From a virus (Duplodnaviria; Caudoviricetes): a stretch of DNA of 54,286 bases. The position numbers and the translations under genes are program-made. Below the pieces are notes generated by a model that worked only from the letters and a program-made list of their open reading frames with translations, did no database searches and was not told where the DNA came from. Location of the stretch: positions 1-54,286 of the IMG/VR virus record IMGVR_UViG_3300045003_000043. One strand, 5' to 3'. Positions within the stretch are counted from its first letter, which is position 1; every line of letters starts with the position of its first letter. Positions 1 through 7,947 of this stretch are shown here, one piece after another.

Positions 1-127
1 TGGGTGGGGGGTCGGGACAACCTCTCGCGATCAGGCCGGCGACAACCACCCTGCAGGGACAGATATGACAGCCTGTCACATGCATCAGGCGTGGGAGCCC
101 CGATAGGATCTACCATCTCAGAGCTTG
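1..127. repeat. Terminal direct repeat, identical to 54160..54286; most likely assembler overlap of a circular contig
   Basis: Exact 127-nt identity of both ends; 127 is a common assembly k-mer. Confidence 0.95.
63..81. promoter_or_regulatory. 19-bp palindrome family A (ATRTGACA-N3-TGTCAYAT), copy 1
   Basis: ATATGACAGCCTGTCACAT. Confidence 0.8.
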
Positions 128-308
128 GTGCTCGGCGATGCATCATCTGAAAACCTTGATTCGCGACTAGTTGTACCTTTTGCCGACAACCTATTTGTTT
201 TCAGCGACAACCTTTGGGTTACGTACCCAACTACACCCAATCCACATCCGCCAACCGGCCGCCGGAGCTCAGCCAGGGATCCATCCCACCCTCTCGCCAT
301 CTCAGCTC

Positions 309-327
309 GTGTGACAGGCTGTCATAT
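309..327. promoter_or_regulatory. Palindrome family A, copy 2 (inverted relative to copy 1)
   Basis: GTGTGACAGGCTGTCATAT. Confidence 0.8.
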
Positions 328-369
328 TCGCCTCGAGGATGAGAGTCAGAGGTGATCTGAAAATGCCTT

Positions 370-436
370 CACGGCACGACACGGCGAGTCACGGCGAGTC
401 ACGGCACAACTCGGATAGTCTCGGCACGACACGGAG
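370..436. repeat. About 7 degenerate 10-bp tandem repeats (CACGGCACGA/CACGGCGAGT)
   Basis: cacggcacga cacggcgagt cacggcgagt cacggcacaa ctcggatagt ctcggcacga cacggag. Confidence 0.9.
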
Positions 437-475
437 GTAAATGAAAAATATTTTTGATAATTGGTGAGAAAAAGA

Positions 476-505
476 TTGACACATTTTGCGTAATTCGGGC
501 ATGAT
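476..505 (+). promoter_or_regulatory. Sigma70-type early promoter
   Basis: TTGACA-18-CATGAT with AT-rich upstream tract. Confidence 0.65.
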
Positions 506-543
506 TATTCGTGTAAGGGGGGGCAGCGTAATGCTAGCAATCA

Positions 544-711
544 ATGAAGGTCCAGAAGGTAAAAGGTCTATCAGCGTGTGAGCACACCCCAGGATTCAAC
601 GAGGGGTACATCTACAACTGCCCATTCTGCGGAGAAGTGAATCCGAAGCTCGAAGGGAAGTCAGCCCTTATCTATTCCGATCTGAAAAGAAACGGGGATT
701 CAGAGAATTGA
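544..711 (+). CDS. Small Cys-containing hypothetical protein (55 aa)
   Basis: Read by hand: MKVQKVKGLSACEH...CPFCGE; first ORF after promoter. Confidence 0.55.
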   Translation: MKVQKVKGLSACEHTPGFNEGYIYNCPFCGEVNPKLEGKSALIYSDLKRNGDSEN

Positions 712-762
712 TGTCATAACCGCTCGGCCGGAGCGTTATCCGGTCATACCTTAGGAGGGTCA

Positions 763-885
763 ATGCTTACACAAGATGTTCAGGAGTCTATCGAGAGGTT
801 TAGGGCTGTCGTCGCCGAGAAGAGAGGCATTCAGGGCAGATGGCACAAGAGGGTGGATGGCAAGGATTCTGAGGTACGTCCATGA
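763..885 (+). CDS. Small hypothetical protein (40 aa)
   Basis: AGGAGG RBS; stop overlaps next ATG (ATGA). Confidence 0.6.
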   Translation: MLTQDVQESIERFRAVVAEKRGIQGRWHKRVDGKDSEVRP

Positions 886-1241
886 CACATCTAGGAATGC
901 CTATTGAGTGCTCCGGAGGTTGCGGAGCTTACGTTCAATTTCCGGGTCCGTGCGATATCTGCCGTACTCTGGCGCAGGAGTTCGACCGAAAGGAACCTAA
1001 GTGCGTACACATTTCCGAGGTCTCGCAATACACGGAGCCCAAACAACCCATTACCGATCATGAATTGAACCTTTTCGAGCGTCTTCCCTCACGCGAATAT
1101 CTCGGAATGGTCACCGTACGATCACATCGCCAGAAGGCAGCAGAGCGTCTTATTCTCCCGTTCTGGATCGTCATCTACGGATTCCTGCTGATCACAGAGG
1201 GAGTCGGTATCGTAACCATTTTACGTTGGATCAAGGGATAA
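882..1241 (+). CDS. Hypothetical protein, N-terminal Cys cluster and C-terminal TM helix
   Basis: CSGGC...CDIC; hydrophobic C-terminus. Confidence 0.7.
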   Translation: MTHLGMPIECSGGCGAYVQFPGPCDICRTLAQEFDRKEPKCVHISEVSQYTEPKQPITDHELNLFERLPSREYLGMVTVRSHRQKAAERLILPFWIVIYGFLLITEGVGIVTILRWIKG

Positions 1242-1244
1242 ATT

Positions 1245-1478
1245 ATGACTGACAACACACCACAAACTCTCAATCGTGATTGGCTAACCACCGAACAGGC
1301 ATCATCTTACCTACAGGTGAGCACTCGTACCCTATTTCGCTATCTCGAAGAGGGCAAGATTAGAGGCAAACAGCTCTCCTCCGGGGGGCACTGGCGCATC
1401 TCAGCTGCGAGTCTCGAACGGTTCCTGGACGGCTCTCAGGAAATTTCGCAAAAGTTGCGTAGGACGGCAAAAAAATAA
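1245..1478 (+). CDS. Excisionase-like HTH (HTH_17 type) DNA-binding protein
   Basis: WLTTEQASSYLQVSTRTLFRYLEEGKI...GHWRI. Confidence 0.85.
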   Translation: MTDNTPQTLNRDWLTTEQASSYLQVSTRTLFRYLEEGKIRGKQLSSGGHWRISAASLERFLDGSQEISQKLRRTAKK

Positions 1479-1501
1479 TTCCACTTTTTCTATTTTACCT
1501 C

Positions 1502-1529
1502 TTGACACTACACTGAGTTGTGCTAATAT
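1502..1529 (+). promoter_or_regulatory. Sigma70-type promoter with extended -10
   Basis: TTGACA-16-TAATAT, TGn before -10. Confidence 0.75.
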
Positions 1530-1571
1530 CTAAACATTGAGAGGCAACCAGCCTCATAGGGGATACAAAAA

Positions 1572-1952
1572 ATGCCAATTCTCGATGACAATTCATTCGC
1601 CGCTGCTTGCTACAACCAGAACTCGATTGTCGAACTCGAAACGGCTCTCACGGGTGCGCCTGATAAAAATGACATGGCCGCTTGGGGAATTACCGCCGAG
1701 CAGTGGCGGCAGGGAATTCAGGATGCGCTCGCCGCTAAACGCGAGGCGGCGGGGTCAGCAATCGGATACGCGAAAAACACGGACATAGCGCAACAGTTTC
1801 TCAATTCGTGCGAAGCGATTTACCAGTGGGAAGAAGTAAATAGTGACACTATTCGCTTCTCCTATAATCCCACAATTGAGGTATACGGCGTTCCACGCGG
1901 CGTCCGCTTCGATGCTGACAGCATCGAGCATTTTTGGTCGATGGAAGCCTAG
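1572..1952 (+). CDS. Early hypothetical protein (acidic)
   Basis: ORF with RBS in repeated leader. Confidence 0.8.
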   Translation: MPILDDNSFAAACYNQNSIVELETALTGAPDKNDMAAWGITAEQWRQGIQDALAAKREAAGSAIGYAKNTDIAQQFLNSCEAIYQWEEVNSDTIRFSYNPTIEVYGVPRGVRFDADSIEHFWSMEA

Positions 1953-2075
1953 GTTAGGCCGCTCCGATCCTACGGTAATCGGTTGCGTCGGGCGTGGTAG
2001 CCGCGGCCGGTACGTAACTCGGCAAACAAACCTCTCTAATCATTGAGAGGAAACCAGCCTCATAGGAGCTTGAAA

Positions 2076-2396
2076 ATGGTGACGATATTCAAGAATTACT
2101 CGACCGAAAAACAGCGTACAACCCCTATTTTTTCGGTTGATGGAAAGGCTATGGGCTTCCTTTCTAGCCGCGACGCGATCAACATTGCATACCGCTGCGC
2201 ACCTGTCGATTCGGCCATCTACTCTGATGGCAGCAGCATCCAGCGCCACTTCCACCTGATGAGCTACAAATCAGAACTTTTTCAGGTGTCGTGGGATGGC
2301 GCAAAGACTGCTCCGACCATCAAGGCCACCACGCGAGCAGCTTTCGACGCTCTTATTGCGCAATATGACAGAGATGCTCGCTGGACGCGGGCTTAG
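2076..2396 (+). CDS. Early hypothetical protein
   Basis: AGGAG RBS before ATG 2076. Confidence 0.75.
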   Translation: MVTIFKNYSTEKQRTTPIFSVDGKAMGFLSSRDAINIAYRCAPVDSAIYSDGSSIQRHFHLMSYKSELFQVSWDGAKTAPTIKATTRAAFDALIAQYDRDARWTRA

Positions 2397-2430
2397 GAAC
2401 GGAGCATACCAGCCTCATAGGGAAGGAACC

Positions 2431-2643
2431 ATGGATCACGCATTGTGCTTCGAGAAGGGCTGGGAGGACGCAGGGAAGGCCGTTTCGCATAGGCCCGATG
2501 ATGCGATATGGTTCTCTTTCTGTGGCCTCATGGGGAACCTGCAGAAATGGTGCCGCGAGCATAACCCACCCTCTGAGCAGTATTCGCAGGAAGATGTGCG
2601 CCGGTTCTGGGAGGCGTACAAGCGGGGTGCTTATGGCCGGTAA
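2431..2643 (+). CDS. Early hypothetical protein
   Basis: RBS and repeated leader before ATG 2431. Confidence 0.7.
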   Translation: MDHALCFEKGWEDAGKAVSHRPDDAIWFSFCGLMGNLQKWCREHNPPSEQYSQEDVRRFWEAYKRGAYGR

Positions 2644-2736
2644 TATCATCGGAGTCTATTTCCATCAAGATCACATCAACTTGATGGACTCACAAGGAAC
2701 CGGAATAATGGTCCATAGTTTTCGAGATCTACCCTA

Positions 2737-3126
2737 ATGACTCTTACCCAGCACATCAACGCCATTCGCCACAAACTTACCGGAGATCTAAGCCAAGCGG
2801 AGATCGAGGATCTATCCTCTCTCCGCAGCGCTATCGGAGGCAGACTCAGCCGTGGTACTGGCCTAAAGCTACGTCCCTGCCCTAAATGCGGAAAACTTTG
2901 CGGAGCCCGAGAGATGCGTAAGCACAAATGTTTCGACAATACGACCGTAGTCCGCAAGCATGCCCCTAATCCTTGCCCAAAAGGGTGCGGACAGACGTTC
3001 AGCGGACGCGCAATGCGTGATCACCTCAAGTCATGCGATGGACGAGTACTCCTTGGACCCGGATACTGGGGTGTGAATAATGACGGAACGTACACCTATT
3101 CGCCCATCAATAAGCCAAATAACTGA
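2737..3126 (+). CDS. Protein with two C2HC-type zinc fingers
   Basis: CPKCG...MRKHKC and CPKGCG...MRDHLKSC. Confidence 0.75.
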   Translation: MTLTQHINAIRHKLTGDLSQAEIEDLSSLRSAIGGRLSRGTGLKLRPCPKCGKLCGAREMRKHKCFDNTTVVRKHAPNPCPKGCGQTFSGRAMRDHLKSCDGRVLLGPGYWGVNNDGTYTYSPINKPNN

Positions 3127-3352
3127 GAGAGGTATCACGCCTGAAAAACATCCATTCTCCCTCTCGATAGTCCCAGTTAGGATTATGACGCCAATGTAAA
3201 ATTATTCCTCTTCGTCGAAACCAATGGGGAGGATGATTTGGGTCTGACCCGCTTCTCAGTTCAATTCCGAACCATGGACACGAAGCCCATAGGCTGTAAG
3301 AGTCGTAGCTAAGTTTCCACATCCTCCACCAACACTTCCAATTGATTTTCAT
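3107..3352 (-). CDS. Trp-rich hypothetical protein
   Basis: ATGA overlap with HNH stop; last gene of leftward operon. Confidence 0.5.
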   Translation of the reverse strand: MKINWKCWWRMWKLSYDSYSLWASCPWFGIELRSGSDPNHPPHWFRRRGIILHWRHNPNWDYREGEWMFFRRDTSLSYLAY

Positions 3353-3645
3353 AGGTCGTAATAACCCTCCCGCTTCGATCCCCTATCCGTGTTACAACGC
3401 CCATGGACGGCTGCAATGTTTTCCTGCCGGTCGTCCCTGAATCCTGCCCCCATCCGTCTAGGCTGCTTGTGGTCGGGTGTCGCCTCCCTTAGAGGCATCT
3501 TCAGGTAGCAGATTGCGCACAACTTGCCTTGTTCCTCCCATGATTCCCTCAGTCTTCGTCGGTACTCTTCCCTACCCTCGGGCGTCTCCCTGCATACCTC
3601 TCTCCCGTCCGGGTACTTGATGAGTGCTGGAGTGTATTCGATCAC
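3349..3645 (-). CDS. HNH endonuclease
   Basis: CAIC...TPDHKQP...ENIAAVHGRCN. Confidence 0.85.
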   Translation of the reverse strand: MIEYTPALIKYPDGREVCRETPEGREEYRRRLRESWEEQGKLCAICYLKMPLREATPDHKQPRRMGAGFRDDRQENIAAVHGRCNTDRGSKREGYYDL

Positions 3646-3679
3646 CTCCGAGATTCCTCGGACTGGCGTTTATTTTCTG

Positions 3680-4330
3680 TCATGCCGACACCTTATCTCT
3701 ATCAAATTCAAGGGAGTATGTAGCCGCCAGCCATTCCAGAGCCTCATTTCGGTCTCTGGCACCACGCTCAATCGCCAGATCAATCACACGCTCCACTTCC
3801 TTCGCCGCGCTCCGCGTCAACGTAAAGCGCACTACCTGGGTAGACTCAATGTGCTGGTCCGGAAAGTCCTTCTCGACCCTCTGGATAAAGTCTTGAGGCT
3901 GCATGGAACGGGCATCATACAGTACCTTGTCACTCCTCCGCACCGCCGTTGACAGTTGCAAGAGGACCTTGATGTTTTTCTTTGGGACCTCGCGTAGCTT
4001 CGACGGAGGCAGGTCCTTGAGCTCCTCCATATCCCTCCGGGCTTCATAGTTCACGCTCCGGCATCCGATGTATCCTGACCCCATCCAGGCGTTATAGGAG
4101 CGGAATGGAGAGCGTGTCCTTGGATCAATCAGGTATTGCCATAGGTTTCGCACCTCAAACTCCCTCGCAATCATCCCACGCTCGGCGTAGCTACGCTCAT
4201 GAGCCCGGTCTATCTCGTCGAGGATACGCATACGCTCATTGAGGGCCGCTGCAGCCTCCCGATCTGGGAGAGAGAGAAGATTTTCTATCGGCTCAGACAG
4301 GTCCGTGCGCGGACTGGTTTGCGTATTCAT
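3680..4330 (-). CDS. Putative helical DNA-binding protein (DUF3102-like by eye)
   Basis: ATGA coupling to MTase stop; LWQYL...FRSYNAWM pattern; 5' end contains repeat family B. Confidence 0.6.
   Translation of the reverse strand: MNTQTSPRTDLSEPIENLLSLPDREAAAALNERMRILDEIDRAHERSYAERGMIAREFEVRNLWQYLIDPRTRSPFRSYNAWMGSGYIGCRSVNYEARRDMEELKDLPPSKLREVPKKNIKVLLQLSTAVRRSDKVLYDARSMQPQDFIQRVEKDFPDQHIESTQVVRFTLTRSAAKEVERVIDLAIERGARDRNEALEWLAATYSLEFDRDKVSA
4297..4328. repeat. 32-bp repeat family B, copy 1
   Basis: ACAGGTCCGTGCGCGGACTGGTTTGCGTATTC. Confidence 0.9.
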
Positions 4331-4977
4331 GCGCACACCCCGCCGAAATCGAAGACCTCTTGCTGCAAACGCTTTGCAGCGATCTCGCAATAGCGCTCAT
4401 CCTTCTCTATCCCTATTGCGGTTTTTCTGAATTGTTTTGCGGCAAGCAGTGACGTTCCACTGCCCATGTAAGGATCTAGGACGGAACCAACATCTGCGGG
4501 AGCGAACGAAAGCGCCCACTTCATAACATTCAAAGGCTTCTGCGTAGGGTGAAATCTATCTTCGTTTCCTTCTCGCAGCATTCCGTGCCATCTCCACACT
4601 ATCCGCCGCACAGCCTTATCGAAGTTCGTCCAAGCCAACTCGCAATCCGCGAAGTCGTTATCACCGTTTTCTTTATCCCAAACCAGCCAGCATTTACTCG
4701 GAGGCAAGGGGAAGTAGTTTCCCCCAAAGATCACCTGCCATTTGGTACGGCTACGCATCAGTCCGAACATCCACTCCGGGGGTGTCTTGTTATCCCAATC
4801 GCTGTTTCCGTAGTCTTTGGCGACAGCTAGATTGCCTCGGGTCTTGTTCTTCCCCGCCGCCTCTCCAATTCCATAAGGAGGATCCGTCAAAAGCATGTCA
4901 GCCTTGAACATCGGAAGCATCTCTTCCGAGTCTCCGTGATAGATCGTTATCCCCGCGTGAGAATAATAAGTCTTCAT
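4327..4977 (-). CDS. Orphan N6-adenine/N4-cytosine DNA methyltransferase (beta class)
   Basis: TDPPYG, HPTQKP, VLDPYMGSGT. Confidence 0.95.
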   Translation of the reverse strand: MKTYYSHAGITIYHGDSEEMLPMFKADMLLTDPPYGIGEAAGKNKTRGNLAVAKDYGNSDWDNKTPPEWMFGLMRSRTKWQVIFGGNYFPLPPSKCWLVWDKENGDNDFADCELAWTNFDKAVRRIVWRWHGMLREGNEDRFHPTQKPLNVMKWALSFAPADVGSVLDPYMGSGTSLLAAKQFRKTAIGIEKDERYCEIAAKRLQQEVFDFGGVCA

Positions 4978-5489
4978 GATCCTACCTTTGTTCCATCATC
5001 TATCCAGACGAACTCACCCGTTTGTCCGTATGTCTCGATCGGAAAGTGGGCACCACAAGTGCAGCAGAATGTTCCGGAGTAGAATCCAGGATCACGTGCA
5101 TAGGTCTCTGCTATAGCTTGGCTCATCGTTGTGATGTTGCCACACTTCAAGTGCTTATAAGTGCGTCGTACAGGGCGGACGAATCCTTTATGACGCTCCT
5201 CCGCACTGAGCACCACATAATCCTTTTGCTGGCCGTTTTCCTTCAGCTCCGTGTGGTTTCTGTCCTCTGGAACTGGCTCACCACTAACAAGAACCTGAGC
5301 GGAACGATCGACGGCAGGGATCGGTTTTTCAAGAATCTTCTTTACTGCCCGATAGCGCTTAAGATGCGATTCTGCTTTGTTCTCAGGAGAAGGTCCAAAG
5401 GTTATAAGCGGAGCGGTGGTTTTTTCTAGCCTCTCCAGGCGACCCATCAACTCATCCCACATTTCTTTGGTGATAGTTAAGTCGCTCAT
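4974..5489 (-). CDS. Phage hypothetical protein with C-terminal Zn-binding motif
   Basis: HLKCG...TFCCTCGAHFP; coupled overlaps. Confidence 0.75.
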   Translation of the reverse strand: MSDLTITKEMWDELMGRLERLEKTTAPLITFGPSPENKAESHLKRYRAVKKILEKPIPAVDRSAQVLVSGEPVPEDRNHTELKENGQQKDYVVLSAEERHKGFVRPVRRTYKHLKCGNITTMSQAIAETYARDPGFYSGTFCCTCGAHFPIETYGQTGEFVWIDDGTKVGS

Positions 5490-5740
5490 ACAGGCAAGCC
5501 TCCCTCTTTACGAGCAAGTTCTTGCCCCTGCTCTGCGGTGATGAGCCGGAGCTGAAAATCATACATATTGGCCTTGATGACGATGGCTCCACCGGGCCAA
5601 TCTCGTTCCCACGCTTGTACGTCTGCCATCGTTATAGTAACCTCTCGCTTCCCAAACTTATGAAGCAAGATAGCGACAATCTTGTGCCAATGGTCATGTA
5701 CTTCCTGCGTAACAGGATGGTTCGGGTTTAGCTCCATCAC
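5486..5740 (-). CDS. Hypothetical protein
   Basis: 4-bp overlaps with both neighbours. Confidence 0.7.
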   Translation of the reverse strand: MMELNPNHPVTQEVHDHWHKIVAILLHKFGKREVTITMADVQAWERDWPGGAIVIKANMYDFQLRLITAEQGQELARKEGGLPV

Positions 5741-5919
5741 TTCACCTTCCTAGCCAGCCTGTGCAGTGCGTCTTCCCATGTGTCACCGATGGCGGAAAAG
5801 GTATCATCTCCGCGCTTTACTCCGATCCTGCGGAAATGGAGGTGATCCTCGGTGAATGACTCCTTACCGTATAGTCGCTGTGCTTGACGCAAGGCTATTT
5901 CCTGAGCTGTGAGTGTCAT
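5737..5919 (-). CDS. Hypothetical protein
   Basis: Start MTLTAQE; operon packing. Confidence 0.65.
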   Translation of the reverse strand: MTLTAQEIALRQAQRLYGKESFTEDHLHFRRIGVKRGDDTFSAIGDTWEDALHRLARKVK

Positions 5920-6071
5920 CAATTTTCTGCCTTCCTGAATAAAATACAAGAACATTTTCGAACTGCACAGATACCATTCCAAGACCCGCAATATTTATCA
6001 GGATCTAAGCCGCGGAGGGGATCTCCTCCTTCGTCGGTATGCCAGGAATAGGGATGCCCGCACGAGCACAT
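5919..6071 (-). CDS. Small Cys/His-rich protein (50 aa)
   Basis: MCSCGHPYSWH...C...CSC; GGTGAGG RBS; overlaps end of upstream gene. Confidence 0.5.
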   Translation of the reverse strand: MCSCGHPYSWHTDEGGDPLRGLDPDKYCGSWNGICAVRKCSCILFRKAEN

Positions 6072-6514
6072 ATCGTATCCCTCACCACCCTGTAGCGCAT
6101 TGGTAGCTCCTCCATAGGGTATAGGGATTGCCTCAATTGAATAATTTCCATCTCTGTCCTGGATATCGCCACTTCCCAGTAACGCTTTGTCTTCTGGCGG
6201 TCCAAGACGACCATCCAGTCCATTAGCCCTAGTCTTCTCTCCAACTGACGTAATCTGTCCTCCTCTGACAGCCTTTTCCTGACTTCTGGAGTGATTCCTG
6301 AGTTTCGAAAAAGATCCCTCCATTGCAGACTTAGGGCCTCCAGAATGGACTTTGTTTCGCATCCTTGGGACATGCAACGAATAAGGATGCGATCGCCCCT
6401 GTCCGTTATGGCTAACGATGGCTTTCGATCTGCGTGAGCTGGGCATTTTGAGATCCACTTTCCTTTACCAATGCGCTTAGCGCGAAGCATCCGAGCCAAT
6501 TCTTCTGCGGTCAA
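6005..6514 (-). CDS. Stand-alone primase-type zinc-binding (CHC2-like) domain protein
   Basis: CPAHADRKPSL...IRCMSQGC; no TOPRIM or helicase domain follows. Confidence 0.85.
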   Translation of the reverse strand: MTAEELARMLRAKRIGKGKWISKCPAHADRKPSLAITDRGDRILIRCMSQGCETKSILEALSLQWRDLFRNSGITPEVRKRLSEEDRLRQLERRLGLMDWMVVLDRQKTKRYWEVAISRTEMEIIQLRQSLYPMEELPMRYRVVRDTICARAGIPIPGIPTKEEIPSAA

Positions 6515-7167
6515 TTGATCCGACTCTTTCTAAGTAAGCCGAACGCGGATAACAGTCCGGTGAAAGCAAGGGGGAAGGTGCCTAACTCGGGTACCGGATT
6601 GGTCGGCGGAACGGCAGGAGGAGCCGTGGGATGGTCAATTCCGCCACCGTAAGCAAATCCTATCCAACCAGGACCGGAAAAGTATCCGGAGCTACCGCTG
6701 GTCGGGGGAACGTAAGGAGTCAGCTTCGTTGCGCTATCCGCTGATGAAGCTTCCTGTGGATCTAGCATTGCTAGCAAGGAAGGGATATCCAGGTCGACCG
6801 GGGAGCGTGGCTGGGAGGAGAGAGCGGAGACAATCTCCTCCGTCATGCCATCGCCGAAGGTGTTGAGGGAGGAAGCGGTCCCGACACCTTCAAACTGTTC
6901 GCAAGCCATCTCAAATACACCGCGCATATGGGCCTTGAGTGCCGCTGTGTTCTGCGACATGTCGCGGTCGAGATGATGTCTCTTCACATAGTCAGGATGC
7001 CTGGAGTTCCACTCCTTGATCGAAGCTACCTTTTCCTTCCATGCGCTGGCGAATCGATTGGCGCACTGTTGCGCTTGACCAGTGGTGATGCATGAGATAG
7101 CCAGAATCAAGATAGCTATCAGAAACAGGAATAACCAGACGAGAACTTGTGGCTTTTTGTCTTCCAT
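6511..7167 (-). CDS. Exported protein with PEP-CTERM-type sorting signal
   Basis: N-terminal signal peptide; Pro/Ser linker; VPELGT + TM + RKSR. Confidence 0.8.
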   Translation of the reverse strand: MEDKKPQVLVWLFLFLIAILILAISCITTGQAQQCANRFASAWKEKVASIKEWNSRHPDYVKRHHLDRDMSQNTAALKAHMRGVFEMACEQFEGVGTASSLNTFGDGMTEEIVSALSSQPRSPVDLDIPSLLAMLDPQEASSADSATKLTPYVPPTSGSSGYFSGPGWIGFAYGGGIDHPTAPPAVPPTNPVPELGTFPLAFTGLLSAFGLLRKSRIN

Positions 7168-7180
7168 TTTCCTAACCTCG

Positions 7181-7633
7181 TTATTTGACTTTGATGGTTC
7201 CATACACTTCCATAAGGCTCATCTGTTCAGGTGATGAATCTGATTTAGGCTGGTTTTCCAAACGTTTTATGCACTCCTGGCAACTCCCCCGGCGTCCGCC
7301 ATTGACAAAGTGCATCGTGGGACAACCGCACTTCTTGCACCAGAACTTAGCCTCGATGGTTGACTTCGTGAAGTGCTCAGGCATGGGTTCCTCCGTCCAC
7401 TTTATCCACTCGTTTACCCACCGAATCTCCTCCTCTGTCAGGTGATACTGACGTCGGAAACGGTGAACTACAAAAGCCATGAAACGTCTACCTCTTGGCG
7501 AAAGTTCCTTGATGTATCCTTCCCGCAGATTGCGGGAAAACCTCTTGCATGCCGTTGCCGGAGGCATGCTCGCGGAAGATACCTTTTGGGCAATAGCTTT
7601 CTCCAAATCCGACAAGGGGGTTCTGTAGTTCAT
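7181..7633 (-). CDS. Hypothetical protein with C-terminal Zn ribbon
   Basis: CKKCG...CQEC. Confidence 0.7.
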   Translation of the reverse strand: MNYRTPLSDLEKAIAQKVSSASMPPATACKRFSRNLREGYIKELSPRGRRFMAFVVHRFRRQYHLTEEEIRWVNEWIKWTEEPMPEHFTKSTIEAKFWCKKCGCPTMHFVNGGRRGSCQECIKRLENQPKSDSSPEQMSLMEVYGTIKVK

Positions 7634-7947
7634 GACGCCTTAGCTCTTACTTCTTCTTGGCATATCGGGCAACAGCGTGATGCTCCGCCGCGGTTTTTGA
7701 GCCTACGCTCATCGTTCTTTGTCTTCCCTTCCCACACCTTAGCCAAGGTGAGATTGATACCATCCGCCAAAGCAGCCTTGACAAGAGGATTCGATCTGGC
7801 ATGACCATTCATATGCTCTTGTCCGACTCTCCGATCCACATCCAGAGTCCATCCGATGTAGTGCCGGGCATGCTTAAAGGGACGCGAGAAGTGGATGAGA
7901 TAGATAGAACCAACCGTCTCTATGCGCTTTGTTGTTTTTTCCGCCAT
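7630..7947 (-). CDS. GIY-YIG nuclease
   Basis: SIYLIHF...HYIGWT.DVDRR...H...E..LK. Confidence 0.85.
   Translation of the reverse strand: MAEKTTKRIETVGSIYLIHFSRPFKHARHYIGWTLDVDRRVGQEHMNGHARSNPLVKAALADGINLTLAKVWEGKTKNDERRLKNRGGASRCCPICQEEVRAKAS

Larger units (their letters stand above)
1529..2421 (+). repeat. Repeated gene leader at 1529-1560, 2035-2066 and partially 2408-2421
   Basis: TCTAAWCATTGAGAGGMAACCAGCCTCATAGG; core ACCAGCCTCATAGG x3, each running into an RBS. Confidence 0.9.

Noticed and set aside
63-81. Family A as CRP or matS site
   Set aside because: Half-site spacing differs from TGTGA-N6-TCACA and from GTGACRNYGTCAC
1-127. Biological terminal repeat
   Set aside because: Length equals a standard assembly k-mer; best read as circular overlap unless reads show fixed ends
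370-436. Mini CRISPR array
   Set aside because: 10-bp tandem units without spacers; I saw no repeat-spacer array or cas operon anywhere
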